From NCBI RefSeq assembly GCF_964204865.1, contig NC_135262.1, positions 12,152,001-12,216,000 of the forward strand: DNA of 64,000 nt, read 5' to 3'. The notes beneath the pieces were generated by a model. It made no database searches and had not been told where the DNA came from. It worked only from the letters and a program-made list of their open reading frames with translations. This DNA is from Styela clava. Lineage: Eukaryota. Positions within the stretch are counted from its first letter, which is position 1. Each line of letters starts with the position of its first letter. The translations under genes were made by a program, and so were the position numbers. Of the stretch, positions 25,772-39,084 are shown piece after piece.

Positions 25772-26285
25772 ATGGGACCTTTCCCCGAGCATCGACTTCC
25801 TTGTATACTTTGTGACATTGGCCAATCAGCAAGATGCAAGAAGTGACGTAACAATGGCCCTTTTTCGCATCCGCTCAGACACTTTTCTTACTCAGACAGA
25901 TTTTCAAGCGTGGTCGTAAACATTACCTCGTTTTCGCGTTTTTGAACTCTATTCGTTAGTTTTCAGTTGTGTTCCGGAAACCTAAATATGAATCAGATAA
26001 TTCAATGATCACTCTGTCTTCCTAGGAGTTTTAATATAATTGCAGTAATAAAAATTAGTGTAGAAATACCTGTGATAGACTAGGCTAAAATGCGTTACCG
26101 GTACTTTTACAAAGTAGATTGTTGTATGCGGTGAATCATAATGATGGTTTGAAACACATATCCAATTTTACAGGCGCCGACTCGCAAAAGCACTCTTAAA
26201 ATAGCCCCGACATTTTTTGCAATGGTAAATAAAGTAAAAGCATGGGAAATTTTTTTAGGGGGTCGAAGGTCTGGGAAAGGTCTAA
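25772..26285 (+). mobile_element. ~500-bp MITE family X (GGACCTTTCCC..GGAAAGGTCT ends)
   Basis: Homologous copies at ~28940-31030 (interrupted), ~32620-33098 (minus) and 33107-33476 (plus). Confidence 0.75.
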
Positions 26286-27033
26286 TGCAGACTAAATTTT
26301 TAATCGAAATAGAGAATATACGATTGAATCCTAAATGTCACGTTATTGGCATGCGATAACGACAGTCGACTTAAAAGTATGTTTGTCCGCGCATTTCTTT
26401 GCATTAACGCGTTACGCATTCGTCCTCAAAAAAAGATCATTTCTGGCATCACAAATCACAAGTACGCGAACAAAAATAGACAAATGTTTGAAATATAAAT
26501 ACAGTAAGCGGCAGCTACCCTTAGCATCCGGCTTCGACGTTCTGTAGCACATGCTATGAACAGCACAGGGTTAATGAAACCATGAGCAATCAACCGTATC
26601 AGTAAATATATCCGTCGCTCTTTTAATAAGCTGACTTGTCTCGCATAGTCGTATTAGCAGCAAAATTTACAAAGTCAGTTCTTTTTGGTGTACTATAACA
26701 AGAATATTGTCATCTCAGCCTCAGAACTGCGATTTATTTATTTTTCACGTTATACTTGAGTGATTCTTAGGTTTGATCGGGGTCGAGTTGAGGTGAAAAT
26801 GCCAAAAAGTGAAGATATTTTGTAATTCGTAGAAGGGTAAATTACGCCGAGTCATTATGTGTATTTTCTAAGTTAGCGGGTAAATATATGCGTGCTTCTA
26901 TCTCCATCAGCGAAGCAAGTTTGTGATTGAATATGTATAGCTAAAATCCTTTTAGATATTCTAGGTGTGTACCTTTATACACGAAATAAAAGTACTTACA
27001 GATAAAATTGCGTATAGGTATCTTTCATATACC

Positions 27034-27795
27034 ATGTCGCTTGCAAGACTTGTAGGAAAAAGCACACTTGTAACCGGAGGCGGAAGTGGAATAGGAAGAG
27101 CAATTTGTCAGGTGTTTGCAAGAGAAGGTGCAAGTGTAGCAGTAATTGACATCAACCGTGACGCTGTATCTGAGACTCTCGATCAACTGCCGAGGAACCA
27201 TGGCAACTTACATTGCGCCATTGAAGCTGATGTGACCTCATCCGGAAGAGTCAAACACGTTTTTGCAGAAGCAAAAGATAAGCTGTCCAAAACAAGCACC
27301 ATCCTAGTCAACAACGCAGGTATTATTCGTGGCGATCTACTACTGGATATGAAAGATGATGATTTTGATGACGTCATCAGAATAAATTTGAGAGGATCGT
27401 TTCTTATGGCTAGAGAATTTTTGAGATCATTGAAAGATGCAACTGATATTAAAGGCTCCTTGGTGAATATAGCAAGTATCGCAGGAATAACAGGATATTT
27501 CGGGAATGCGGATTATTGTGCTTCAAAACATGGAGTAGTTGGATTGACAAAAAGTATCGCATTGGAATATCCGAAACATAAAGTACGGTGTAATGCCGTG
27601 CTACCGGGTATAACCGACACACCAATGGCACAATCATTCGATCCAAAGAAAATAGAACAAGGCGTGAGACAAATACCGATGCGAAGATTGGCAAAACCCG
27701 AAGAAATTGCAAATGCTTGTTTATTTTTCGCATCAGATGAAAGTTCATACGTCAATGGAGCATGCTTAGAAGTAACGGGAGGACTTAATGTTTAA
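27034..27795 (+). CDS. HSD17B8: Short-chain dehydrogenase/reductase, HSD17B8 / 3-oxoacyl-ACP reductase-like, intronless
   Basis: TGGGSGIG Rossmann motif, NNAGI, catalytic YCASK, C-terminal SSYVNGACLEVTGGL. Likely start is MSLARL at 27034. Confidence 0.85.
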   Translation: MSLARLVGKSTLVTGGGSGIGRAICQVFAREGASVAVIDINRDAVSETLDQLPRNHGNLHCAIEADVTSSGRVKHVFAEAKDKLSKTSTILVNNAGIIRGDLLLDMKDDDFDDVIRINLRGSFLMAREFLRSLKDATDIKGSLVNIASIAGITGYFGNADYCASKHGVVGLTKSIALEYPKHKVRCNAVLPGITDTPMAQSFDPKKIEQGVRQIPMRRLAKPEEIANACLFFASDESSYVNGACLEVTGGLNV

Positions 27796-28118
27796 CAAAA
27801 GCTTATAGTTTTGCTTTTTATGTAATTAATTTTGTGTTATGCAATATAAAGTGCTGCAATAATTTAAATACGGAATGAAAAAAAACGAGATTACATGCTT
27901 ATTTATAATAATCCAATTATTCATCATTTTGAAATATATATCTGTAGCCGATGTGTTAGTAGAGAGTCGTTAACTTCGCACACGATGTAGTTGTCTTCGG
28001 CTCCCTTGTTCTCAGATAATGTTGTTTTGTCGAATACAGACCAGGGCATTGTTTGCTACACAAGGTAAATTTCTTGGAAATATTGATGCGCAGGGTGCTA
28101 CTCAATAGCACATTTTCT

Positions 28119-28229
28119 AGTGCTTCCGAAGTATTCGTACCAAGATGGCGCACTGAACATAGTATGTGTAGCGTAGCATGTTAGGGTTCAGGTTGTGCTT
28201 CATCTTGGTACGAATACTTCCGAAGCGCC
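28119..28229. mobile_element. ~110-bp hairpin MITE (same family as 21546)
   Basis: GAAGTATTCGTACCAAGATG / CATCTTGGTACGAATACTTC arms; shares ACATAGTATGTGT core with the 21546 copy in reverse orientation. Confidence 0.75.
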
Positions 28230-29248
28230 CATTTTTGTGGTATACAAATGCATTTGTACAGAATTACCGGCCAAACTATTAAAATAGTAAAACTGACGGG
28301 GCGAAATGTTTGAGCTCATGTAACATTAAAGCAGGATGAGCATTGAGCAGACGATTGTTGCTTTCAAGATAATGTGGAAAAATATATTTTGTTTCACGGA
28401 GCATCTCTTGATTTAAGGATTCTTCATGAATGGGGTTGAATGAATTCAAACGAATTGCTGATCTTACTGGATGCACGTAAAATGACGAACACTGCACACC
28501 GAAACCAAATTAAATTTCGGTCTGTTTTACAATTCGCAGTATTTCATTGCCAACGAGGTCTCTAAAATTAGCTGGATGTTGAATGGATAAACATAGATAC
28601 ACCATGTTGGTTGTTTTATTTGAATGTTAAAAGATGCATGGTGACCTGACCTGGTGACAATTTTCGATGTCGCTGAATAAACATTTTCGGGTAAAGGTAT
28701 TTCGGAATTTATTTGTATAAAAACTGTTGGGGAAATATTGGTGCAACATTGATTTTCCGGGGAGAGTTGCGTCGCCGTTGCACACGCTAGACTCCAGCGA
28801 TATATCATTTTATGATTGAACGTTGACTTGAACGCGACGATTCCTTGTTTATATTTATTTGTTGGAGATATCAACAGTGACGTAACAAATTATATTTTCG
28901 CTGCAGCTCAGACATCTTTTTCACTAGGATAGATGGAATCGGATGTTTCCCAGAGCATCGAGTTCTTGTTTTCTCCCGTAACAGGAGCTAACTAACATGA
29001 AGAAGTGACGTAACAATAGACGTTTTAGTAGCCGCTCATACACTTTTGACACTCAGACCATCGATTTTCAGGCATGGTTGTAAACATTACTTCGTTTTCA
29101 TGTTCTTGCATGCTATTTGTTAGTTTTTAGTTTCGTTTCGCGAGTTTAAGTATGAATCAAATAATTCAATGATCATTTTGTCTTCGGAGAAGTTTTACTT
29201 TAATTGCAGTAATCAAAAATTAGTCTAGAAATAGCTGTGATAGACTAG

Positions 29249-30485
29249 CAGGGGTTCTCAAACTTTTGGTGTTGCGGAGCCCTTGAAAGGTTGAATATTA
29301 TTTACGGAGCCCCAAAATAAATGTTAAAATTGTTACTTTCAGATTAATATTCCTGAGCAAGTTAAAAGTACTTTACTCATTTTAAATGCTGAACCTTTTT
29401 TAATATAGGGTTAACACAAGTCATAAATAAATCTAAATTTCAAACACAAATTATATATACTAAAGCTGTAAATTTGACACTTGACAAACATATTTATAAA
29501 TTAGGGGGCAAATCTTTTCCCTTTTGACATTTTTGAAAGACCTAAAAAGCCGCTAATAACGTGTGCGATTTCATTTTGTTACAATCGCCGATTTTTTTCG
29601 TCAGCATGGCCTGTTTTTGAATCTTTATGCATCTTTACGCCGGTGTGTATTCTCCCTAAATCAAAAATTTCCCTCGGCATATACATTTATTGTTACACAA
29701 TGACGACGTTAATTGCTTTTTTGTTCTCGTGGGGAATTATGAGTTCATTGTGAAAAACATGTTACCACATTATAGTCATCGGCGACAAAATGCTAAAAAT
29801 AATAATTAATAAAGAGGTAAATCCGCAACTCAAATTTCTTGATTGAAAAACGGCATTCTAAAATATTAAAACTGAATCTTAAAATGGAAGATCATACGTT
29901 TGGTTTCAGCAGACTCTCTTCAGATTGAAAACGCTTTAATAGAGATTGTAAATCACAAAATTTGGTGTTATGTTAGGTTTTCATCGTAGTAAACACAGTC
30001 AATTATGCGCGCGATGTACCTTTTTTTCCCATTTTGAAACTACCGACGGAGCCGCACGTAATCAATTGTGCGCGCGATCCGCGATGTACCTTTTTTCATT
30101 CTGAAACTACCGACGGAGCCGAATGCAATAAAATAAATTTCGATTGTTCGTATTTTGCCCATACATTGTGATTTTTTAATCGGCGATATCTTGCTTAAAC
30201 ATAATTTCAAGTGCGAAAGAACAAATCAAGTTTGACAAATCCCAAGATCGCAAAAATACGACTCCAATTTATTTATAGTTGGCAGTTTATCACATATATA
30301 TTTTATGTTATTTTGAAATAGTATTCTTTAAATCAGCCTTAAATAATGTCATCAAGCTGTTATTGCTTCTTTGAACAGTTACAAAATTGGTCAGTATTTT
30401 GAAAAGTAATCGAATATCTCGCGGAGCCCCTGGGTTTCTCTCGCGGAGCCCTGGGGCTCCGTACGGAGCACTTTGAGAACCTATG
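29249..30485. mobile_element. hAT non-autonomous element inserted in a family X MITE
   Basis: CAGGGGTTCTCAAA / TTTGAGAACCTATG; GACTAG on both flanks; GCGGAGCCC subterminal repeats. Confidence 0.8.
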
Positions 30486-30702
30486 GACTAGGCTAAACTT
30501 TTGTACTGGTACTTTTGGATAACAGGTTGTTGAATGCTTTGAATCCAAATGATGGTTTGAAACATACAAGAGAGCTATGCTCAATTGCAGTAATCAAAAA
30601 TTAGTCTAGAAATAGCTGTGATAGACTAGGCTAAACTTTTGTACTGGTACTTTTGGATAACAGGTTATTGAATGCTTTGAATCCAAATGATGGTTTGAAA
30701 CA

Positions 30703-30920
30703 TACAAGAGAGCTATGCTCAAATATATGGACACGTAGCACCACATAATAAAAGTAATAGACGTCTAGCAAAAAATATAATTTTTACTCACTAAAAATTT
30801 CAAAGAAATTGGTCCAGTGATCAAAGAAAAAGGCGATTTCTTCAAAACGTGTCAAAGAACAACATGAACAACAACAACATAATATTGAAACGATCGTTAT
30901 GTCCACTAAGTGTCCAATAA
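30703..30920 (-). mobile_element. Helentron/DINE-1-like non-autonomous element
   Basis: ACAAGAGAGCTATGCTCAAATATATGGACACG ... GTGTCCAATAA: subterminal inverted GGACAC/GTGTCC, GAGC-TAT-GCTC hairpin, and a CTTGT end on the minus strand. Confidence 0.6.
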
Positions 30921-31152
30921 ACCAGCTCATAGGCGTCAATTCGCGGAACCACTCTCAAAATTAGCATCATTTATTTTGCGCTGGCAAAGTATAGGAAAAC
31001 TTTAGTCGTGGTCAAAGGTCGGGGAAACATCGATTGCAAACGCATAACTCCATAATCAGCATAATACACGATAAAATAACTGATAGAAACAAAATAAATA
31101 AAACTGATTATAGAATCGGGAGAGCAAACAAAACCTCAAGTAAGGTTTAAGG

Positions 31153-31614
31153 CAGGGGTCGGCAAACTACGGCCGGCGGGCCAGATTCGGCCCGCGGAAC
31201 AATATAATCCGGCCCGCGAAGTTTCACTGAATTATAATAACAAAATAACTGTATTGACGAATATATTCTTTACGTAACAGAATTTTTTGAGACACTTAAT
31301 TATATTATAACCTAACAGGTAACAAGTATATAATTCACAATCACTCCTTTAATGAGCCTATAATTGATCATAATTAGACAAATGGCAACAGAACGTAAAA
31401 AAGTTGATGCTGAGTGTAAATGGTTTAACGGTGCAGAAAATATTTAAATGATCAGTCTTCGCGCGATGCTTGAAATTTAACTGAAATCTATGTGAAAAAA
31501 TGTGATTCATTGGTCATTCCCTTGGGTTTTAACTTTCTAAAAATATGTGCGGCCCGCCAATGACTTGCAACCTTCAATTTTGGCCGGCGAACGACAAAAG
31601 TTTGCCGACCCCTG
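31153..31614. mobile_element. hAT MITE
   Basis: TIRs CAGGGGTCGGCAAACT / AGTTTGCCGACCCCTG; degenerate 8-bp TSD GTTTAAGG / GTTAAAGC. Confidence 0.85.
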
Positions 31615-31819
31615 GTTAAAGCGTACAGGACAGGTAATATATGGAAAAGTATTGTGAAAAGAAATAGTACGTGTTCGCTCACCCCAAAGTATTGAAACTA
31701 ATTAAAGCACGCATGCACACACACACACACAATCACGGAGACATAACAAGATCAAAAGGAAAAAAAAAGCGAGACATAAAATCAATTATTTAGTAAAAAT
31801 GGAAGAAGAATATTGAAAC

Positions 31820-32600
31820 AAACAAGAGAGCTATGCTCAAATATATGGACACGTATACCGATTCCCAGAAAAGCACCAACATTTAAAGACATTAGTTATA
31901 ACAGTGAATGCAAGCCCCGTATTTACGAGTGGGTTCAGTGTCACCGCGCTGTAGAAGTTCCTGTCTTGTGACAGCGTTAATTGAAATTGCAAGATGGTCC
32001 GACTCACAACTGTAGTAACACCAACGATCACCACCAACGAGTCACTACTGTAATATAACATCAAGAACGTCACTATTCACCATTCCTCGGATCTTAGCAA
32101 AGCAAAGATTTCGTTACGAACCACCGACGTTCAATGGCATGTGATCAAAAGAACATGAAAAGGAGTGCCAGCATACACGTCACAAGGTCTCGCTATTTTT
32201 AAATCTGGCACATAAAAAAACGAATTTCTTGGAGTCCACAGAAATTTTCGAAATAAGTAAAAGTAATAGCCTTCTGGCGAAAAAATCAATCTTCAACCAC
32301 TAAAAATTTCAAAGCAATTGGTCCAATATTCAAAGAGAAAAGCGATTTTATCATGACGAAGAAGAAGAATATGAACAAGAACATGATATTGAAACGGTCG
32401 TTATGTCCACTATCGTGTCCAATAAAACCAGAGAGCCGTGTTCAAATATATGTCCACGTAGCGCCACATAGTGGCAAATTTTGATGGTGTTGTAGCACAC
32501 AAAAAACGATAAACAGCCTTCTAGCGAAAAATATAATCTTTACTCACTGAAAATTACAAAGCAATTGGTCCAGTAATCAAGGAGAAAAGCGATTTTTTGT
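31820..32600 (-). mobile_element. Tandem Helentron/DINE-1-like elements
   Basis: AACAAGAGAGCTATGCTCAAATATATGGACACG at 31821, ending CGTGTCCAATAA ~32425; a further degenerate copy follows immediately. Confidence 0.6.
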
Positions 32601-32619
32601 TAAGGAGAAAAGCGAGAAA

Positions 32620-33476
32620 AACGAGGAACTTTTCTATACTTCACAATTGTAAAATTTTCGGTGCTTATTTTAATAATAGTTTCGTGAGTTGGCGCCTGTG
32701 AAATTGGGTATTTGTTTCAAACCATCATTCTGATTCATAGCATTCAACAATCTCTTTTTTAAAAGTACCGATAACGAATTTTAGCCTAGTCTATCACAGC
32801 TATTTCTACACTAATTTTTGATCACTGCAATTAAACTGAAACTTCTAGGAAGACGAAGTGATCATTAAATTATTTGATTTATATTTAAATGTCCAAAACA
32901 CATCTGAAAACTAATGAACAAAATTCTGAAATGCGAAAATGAGGCATTGTTCACGACCACGCTTGGAAATCTGTTTGAGTGAGAAAAGCATCTGAGCGGA
33001 TGCAAAAAGGGAGCATTGTTACGTCACTATTTGCATCTTGCTGATTGGCCAATGTCACGAAGTAAACAAGGAAATTGATGCTTGAGGAAACATCCATTGA
33101 ATACCGAATGGACCTTCCCCCGAGCATCGACTTCCTTGTATACTTCGTGACATTGACCAATCAGCAAGCTGCAAAACGTGACGTAACAATGCTCCCTTTT
33201 CGCATCTGCTCGGACACTGTTCTCACTCGAACAGATTTTTGAGCGTGGTCGTAAACATTACCTCGTTTTCGCGTTTTTGAACTATATTCGTTAGTTTTTA
33301 GTTGTGTTTCGGAAACTTAAATATAAATCAGATGAACAGATTGTTGTATGCAAACACATACCCCATTTTACAGGCGCCAACTCGCAAAAGCACTCCTAAA
33401 ATAGCCCCGAAAATTTTGCAATGGTGAAGTATAGGAAAAAATTTGCGGGTGTCAAAGGTCGAGAAAAGGCCCATTA
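32620..33476. repeat. Head-to-head inverted pair of family X MITEs
   Basis: Minus copy ends at 33098, 8-bp spacer GAATACCG, plus copy starts at 33107. Confidence 0.8.
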
Positions 33477-34477
33477 ACTAACAGGAATTATTAGATGTGT
33501 ACCGACTACCGGTATAAAAGTATTCCTCGAAAGATATCGTCAAGCTGATTATAGTCAGAGTCACCTAATGCCAAATTGCCCAATCAGAATTGTCAAGTTG
33601 GATGAATGAAAATGTGGATAGACCTAGTTCACTCTATAGTAGTGATATGATAGCATAAAAGTCATATTGGGGATGGCTAAATAGGTTGATGGGTGTCAAA
33701 TTAGGAATGACAAAATACTGAAATAGGGTCGATGAGTCAAAATCTCAATGGTTGCAAAAGGGATGGCGAACTACGTTCGATGCGTTTCAAAATAGAGATG
33801 GCAAAATGCGGGTAGCCCAAACTGCTGGCAGATGCATGGACTTTGCAGCTTTGGTATGCAGAAAGACGTACCGGTACCGTACGGTTTTGTAGTTGAACTG
33901 TGAACGAACAACCCATACCGGTACCGGTACCAGTAGTTTTGCACTTTCACTAAATTTTATCGCTTCAGTTGTAACCTTTCAAGAATTTAGAGACATACGG
34001 TAGGCTACTCGTACCGTTATTATTTCCTTGTTAGACTTGCTTAAGGGTGCCGCTGCTCAATAACCAAATTTGGTTTCTTGTGGCTCCCCTCACCCTGAAA
34101 TGCCTTTTTATTTATTTATTGCAATTTGTATATCAAGTGTGCATTTAGTATGGTGAGAAAATAAACTACTGATTACCGTGGGTTTACCGGTAATGCTATA
34201 ATAAAATAGAGCTGTAGAGAGTGAAATGTCAATAGCAACAAAATATTTGGGCTGTTATCAGGACGAGAGGCTACGGTGTTGGTTATATGATAAAGTCGTC
34301 TCATCGGTTTTTCTCTCTGAATTTTAACTTCTAGCTTTCTTTATCACGATCTTTGTTCCTGGAAAGACATCATGATTATTGCTTTTTTGTGCAGCAGTAG
34401 GTAGCCTAGTTCAGGAAATTTGTATTTTACAATTTGGGTCTCTTATATTGCAGTGTGTTGATATTTAAACCTTAAAC

Positions 34478-35411
34478 ATGTCTCGGCAAGGAACATATTC
34501 ATATGTGGAAGCATTTATTCAAAAAACTATTCCTAAAATAAAAGAGCGAGATTTGAAAACTTTGAAGTCATCTTTGAGAAACAAGCCTATTATGTTGGTA
34601 GGAGAACAAAAGAGAGCTAAAAAGAGAAAACGTGAAAAACAGAATAAGAGAAGAATAAAGAATCGCATATTGGCGAAACCTACAAATTCAAACTATCAAG
34701 ATTATGAAAAACTGCGTATTTTATGGATGGAATACATCACAGATTTACTCTCGGATTATCAGACATTAAAACCAGGAGAAACCAAACCATCTTTGGATAA
34801 CAAAAACGCACAGGAAGTTTTGTTGAAAGCAGATTATCATGGAGCAGATCTGTCTGTGACAGGTTCACCTTGTAAATCTCATTTGGGTTTGAGTGGAACA
34901 GTCCTTCAGGTGTGCCAATATATCTGTATTATTAACCTTTTTTATTAACTCATTTTGTCCTTGTTTTGAAGTGCACTGGCACAATATGTGATTTCATCAT
35001 ATATCAATGGTATTTACAGATTCAATACTAATTGGTGATTGCACTCTACACATGCAACTTTTGACCTCATAATATATAGAATAAATTATTATGTTTCCTG
35101 ATTATGATAACTGGATGACTTGGTAATTCGTTCAAAGGATTGTTCAGTGTGTTAAATATGCATACCAATATTTCCGTTTTTTTATTAAATTAAGTTATTT
35201 TATCTCATTTTTTCAGGAAACAAAAAACATATTTTTGATCTGCACCAAGGAGAACAAATTAGTGAGAATTCCCAAGAACAAGACTATATTCACATTGGAA
35301 TATTCTGGATATCTTATAACAATATTCGGATCACAATTTTGCTTCAAGCCATCTCATAGACTCATGAAAAGATTTACGAAAAATCCACGCTTAAAAGAAC
35401 TTTTGCGATGA
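34478..35411 (+). CDS. POP4: Ribonuclease P/MRP subunit p29
   Basis: Exons 34478-34909 and 35217-35411. Motifs LWMEYITDLL, LLKADYHGADLSV..S.C...G.SG.V.QET.N.F..T..N.L..IPK....F, and the C-terminal GSQF..KPSHR. Confidence 0.9.
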
Positions 35412-36304
35412 TATAACTTTTTTGCAATGCAGTTAAACTAAAATTGTTAAAGATCGGAGTTTAATGCTAAGTGATTTGTATTTCATCAAAAGCGTAATTT
35501 GTCTTCTGTTGCTTAGCAACCATCTTTTCAAAAATGTGGAAGGATATTAGTTATTAATTGCAGCACATAATTGTTAATTTCACTCAGTGTTGCATATAGA
35601 TATCTTTATATCGTTTTAATGTTAAGGCCTTTTCAATTCACAATAGGTTCTCCAATACTGCTTCTCCATCTTCGAGGCTAGATAAATCTTTGTCACCGAT
35701 CACCGCATATATGATTAGTTTTAATACGGGAAAATTGTGAACAAAGTGTATCAACAAAGTGACTCGCACAGACCATTTATTTTTACACAATTTTATGCGA
35801 ACTCAATTATTATTAACACCCTACTTGGCCTACTAGACGTCGTTCTGTTAACTTATTCCATACTTCACTGCCTTAAATGGACCTTAGTTACTGCCTCTGG
35901 TTCAGAGGCTTATTAATAGGTAATCAACGTAGTGCAATCTTCACAGGAAATAGGTTTGTTTAAAAACAATACTACAGTATAAATTCTGAATGAATAACCA
36001 TTTACAGTCTTTGCGATTAATTAAAACTCTGGAAATACAACACTCTCCCATTCAAGAACCATCGACATTCGACACCTGTGTATTTCTATTTATATCATTG
36101 AAATTTATATGGTGTTCGTTCAACTCTTACATTTTACTCAAAGAGAAAACAAGTGAAATATTATTTTGTAAGACGTGGTAACTAAATATAAGGACAATGA
36201 ACTGGCAACTTGCATTTACTGACATTGCCACCCTCTCACATCCAACTCTATTATCATTTTTCTTGTAGTTTAGTGTTACTATATTAAATATGAATATATA
36301 GATC

Positions 36305-38992
36305 ATGGAATGCATCAGAAGGTTAACAAGGGTGAAACTCCATCAATTCTCAGCTTGTAAGTCAAAATTTTTCTCGAGAATTTGTTTCAATCATTCAATT
36401 TTCAAATACAGGCATTTATCGAAAGTATATTTTTCAGCACCAACATTAAAAATCCCAAGTTGCTGTGCATCGACTGGTGGTAAAAGTAACACAAGGAATA
36501 AGAAACAAATAAATAGGAAAAGATATAGAGGAATTAAAGTTGACGATGGTGGGTTCTTGTAGAGATTAACCTTTTTTCATTCCAAATTTCTACTCCCCCT
36601 TTTGAGATGTTGGGCAATTCCAGCGTTACTTTCGTTACATCTGAGCAAATTTTCAAATTTCAAACTGACTTAACCTAAAACGTATTAGAAGTATGCAAGT
36701 CACATTGTTACTAGTTGTAGATGGCGTTAGGGGTGTAACATAGACACCATAGAGGTGGCGATACTATGGACTACTTTAACATAGGAATGTCCCGAAACAC
36801 CGTTACTTGCGTTACAGAAAGAGGACAAATGAGATAAGATATTAACACCAACTAACTACTTTTTGCCATGTCACTAGAGAATATAGTTCAATTGTAAAAC
36901 CATAAAAAATTAGGTGAAAAACTTTTGTCTGAATAGCAAAATTTTCATTAGGAAGAAAAAATGGTCCGTTACTTACGTTACAAATTACAATCATGATTCG
37001 ATTTTTGTTTTGATGGCAAATTTGATATTAAGTCAATATTTGACATTCAATTTCCGTGAGTTCAAATTTTTAAATAATAAATCCTTGACTAGATGATAAA
37101 TTCTACAAATAAAATAGGCAATTCAAATTTCCAGCGTTACTTTCGTTACATCTGGGCAAATTTTTAAATTCAGACTGATTTAACCTAAAGCCAATTACAA
37201 GCATTCAAGTAATAGTGTTTCTAGTTGTATATGGCCTTGGACCTGTAACATAGACACCATAGATATGGAAATACTAGGGACTACTTTCACATAGAAGACC
37301 CATTAAAACTGATACTTGTTTTGAAAATGAACAGAAGCTTTTTAGTGGAATTTTGATGTGGCACATATCTCAAGATATTGTCACCAATCAACAGCTTTTT
37401 CCCATGTCAATGGAGAATATATTTAGGTTGTAAAATATTATAAAATTAGGTGAATATTGTTGCTTTACATCAAAGTAAATGACTAACATCTTCCCAAAAA
37501 TACCATCAATCTCAAAATTATCTTCAACTATGGCAATTCCGATATTCATTACCTCTTTAAAGTGTGCTATTCTTATGGCAAAAGGTGGGATTGATCGGTA
37601 AATGTTTGTATTTACCGGGGTAAATGAAAACTAAATATCCAAAACCATTATATTTCATGGTTAAGACCATTTTGATTTATTAAATTTTGATTTCTCTTGT
37701 TTCGTTACTTGCGTTACACAATTTGACATTGAATATTGAAAATATATATACAACCATGATAAATAAAAATGTGCAAATATTGTATTTGTAGCTATTCATA
37801 GGAAGATGGTATATTGCTAAAAGCAATTTACAGTATTTTTTTAGCTGAATAAAAAAAAAAAGGCCAAAAAAACGTTACTTTCGTTGCATTATAATTTTTA
37901 CTAGTATATTGCGGCGTATGATGCCAAGAATGAGTATTATACAAAATTGAAATATTTTATTGGGAATGGTGGTTTATTGGCTACTCCAACATATCAAATA
38001 ATTTATGGTTTTTCATGATAAGTCATTAAGGCTAAAACCCCAAGATTGTTTCAATGCATTATGATGCCGAAAATTGGGGTCAATGCATCACAACTCCATG
38101 ACTGTCACATTTTTATTTGTCCCTATAGGTGTGTTATAAATTGAGTTCACAAAACTCCCAAGATATATTCTATGAAAATTTTGGTTGTTTATGCAGGATT
38201 GATCACTTTTATTTTTTTCTAGTTTGTCCCTATTTTCATGGAATTGCCCTGTTGTGAACATCCTAGGTAGTTGTATTCTTAGATTCAGTTATAATCTTAG
38301 ATTTTCTAGGGCACTCATGACTGATATTTCGATACCCTCTCTTTATACCCGCTCATTTATTATCTTGCTTTAAATCGTTCCGTAGGTGACTACGTTCATT
38401 CAGGATATATTCTTGCAGCTCAGATTCATAGATTCAAATTTTATCCAGGATCAAACGTGAGTGACTCTGTGCTTATTTTGCTTAGAAGCGGTGAAAAAAA
38501 TGGGTGTTTATTATATGTATGCTAACTTACATGAACCTAATAGTAAAACTGAATTTGGATATAACTTTATGTCACCAATTTTCGTTGTTGAACCATTTGA
38601 ACATTCTGTGGTGTTGTAAAAGGGGTGGATGGTATGGGAATAATGACTAGCTATTCAATTGTGACACAGCGACAAGCAGCAGTCCACATAATTTTCATTA
38701 TATAATTCCAACCTATGATGGCCACTAACGAAACTGATACTACTTGTAGAATCTTTGTACTAGGTCTAAAACTGTGCATAATATTCAGGTGATGGTTGGA
38801 AAAAATATGACATTGACTTCACTTGTCAGCGGTACAGTCAGAATCACAAGAGAGATTTTTGTTCCTAATCCTCAAAGTGAACTGGCTCAGGTTGCTAAGG
38901 ATTTACCTATTGGTGCAATGTTATATAAATTGACTGTGAACGTATTGCAAGATAAAGAAGTTGGTGTTTTTAAACTGAAAGAACAGATTTGA
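36305..38992 (+). CDS. MRPL27: Mitochondrial ribosomal protein L27 (bL27m)
   Basis: Exons 36305-36356, 36438-36548, 38386-38456, 38789-38992. Motifs YRGIKVDDGDYVHSGYIL..Q..FKFYPGSNV.VGKN and REIFVPNP..LPIGAMLYK..GVFKL. Confidence 0.9.
36612..38249. mobile_element. Sola-like non-autonomous element in MRPL27 intron 2
   Basis: TIRs GGGCAATTCCA / TGGAATTGCCC; 4-bp TSD TGTT; internal direct duplication (~36615-36915 vs ~37120-37455); GTTAC repeats. Confidence 0.7.
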
Positions 38993-39084
38993 TGAAGAAT
39001 AATACAACATCATTGAATGAACCATCTTTTGCCTGTAGTCCAAGCATCAAAGTAAATTTAGCGTGGATACGAAGGCCTTTACGT

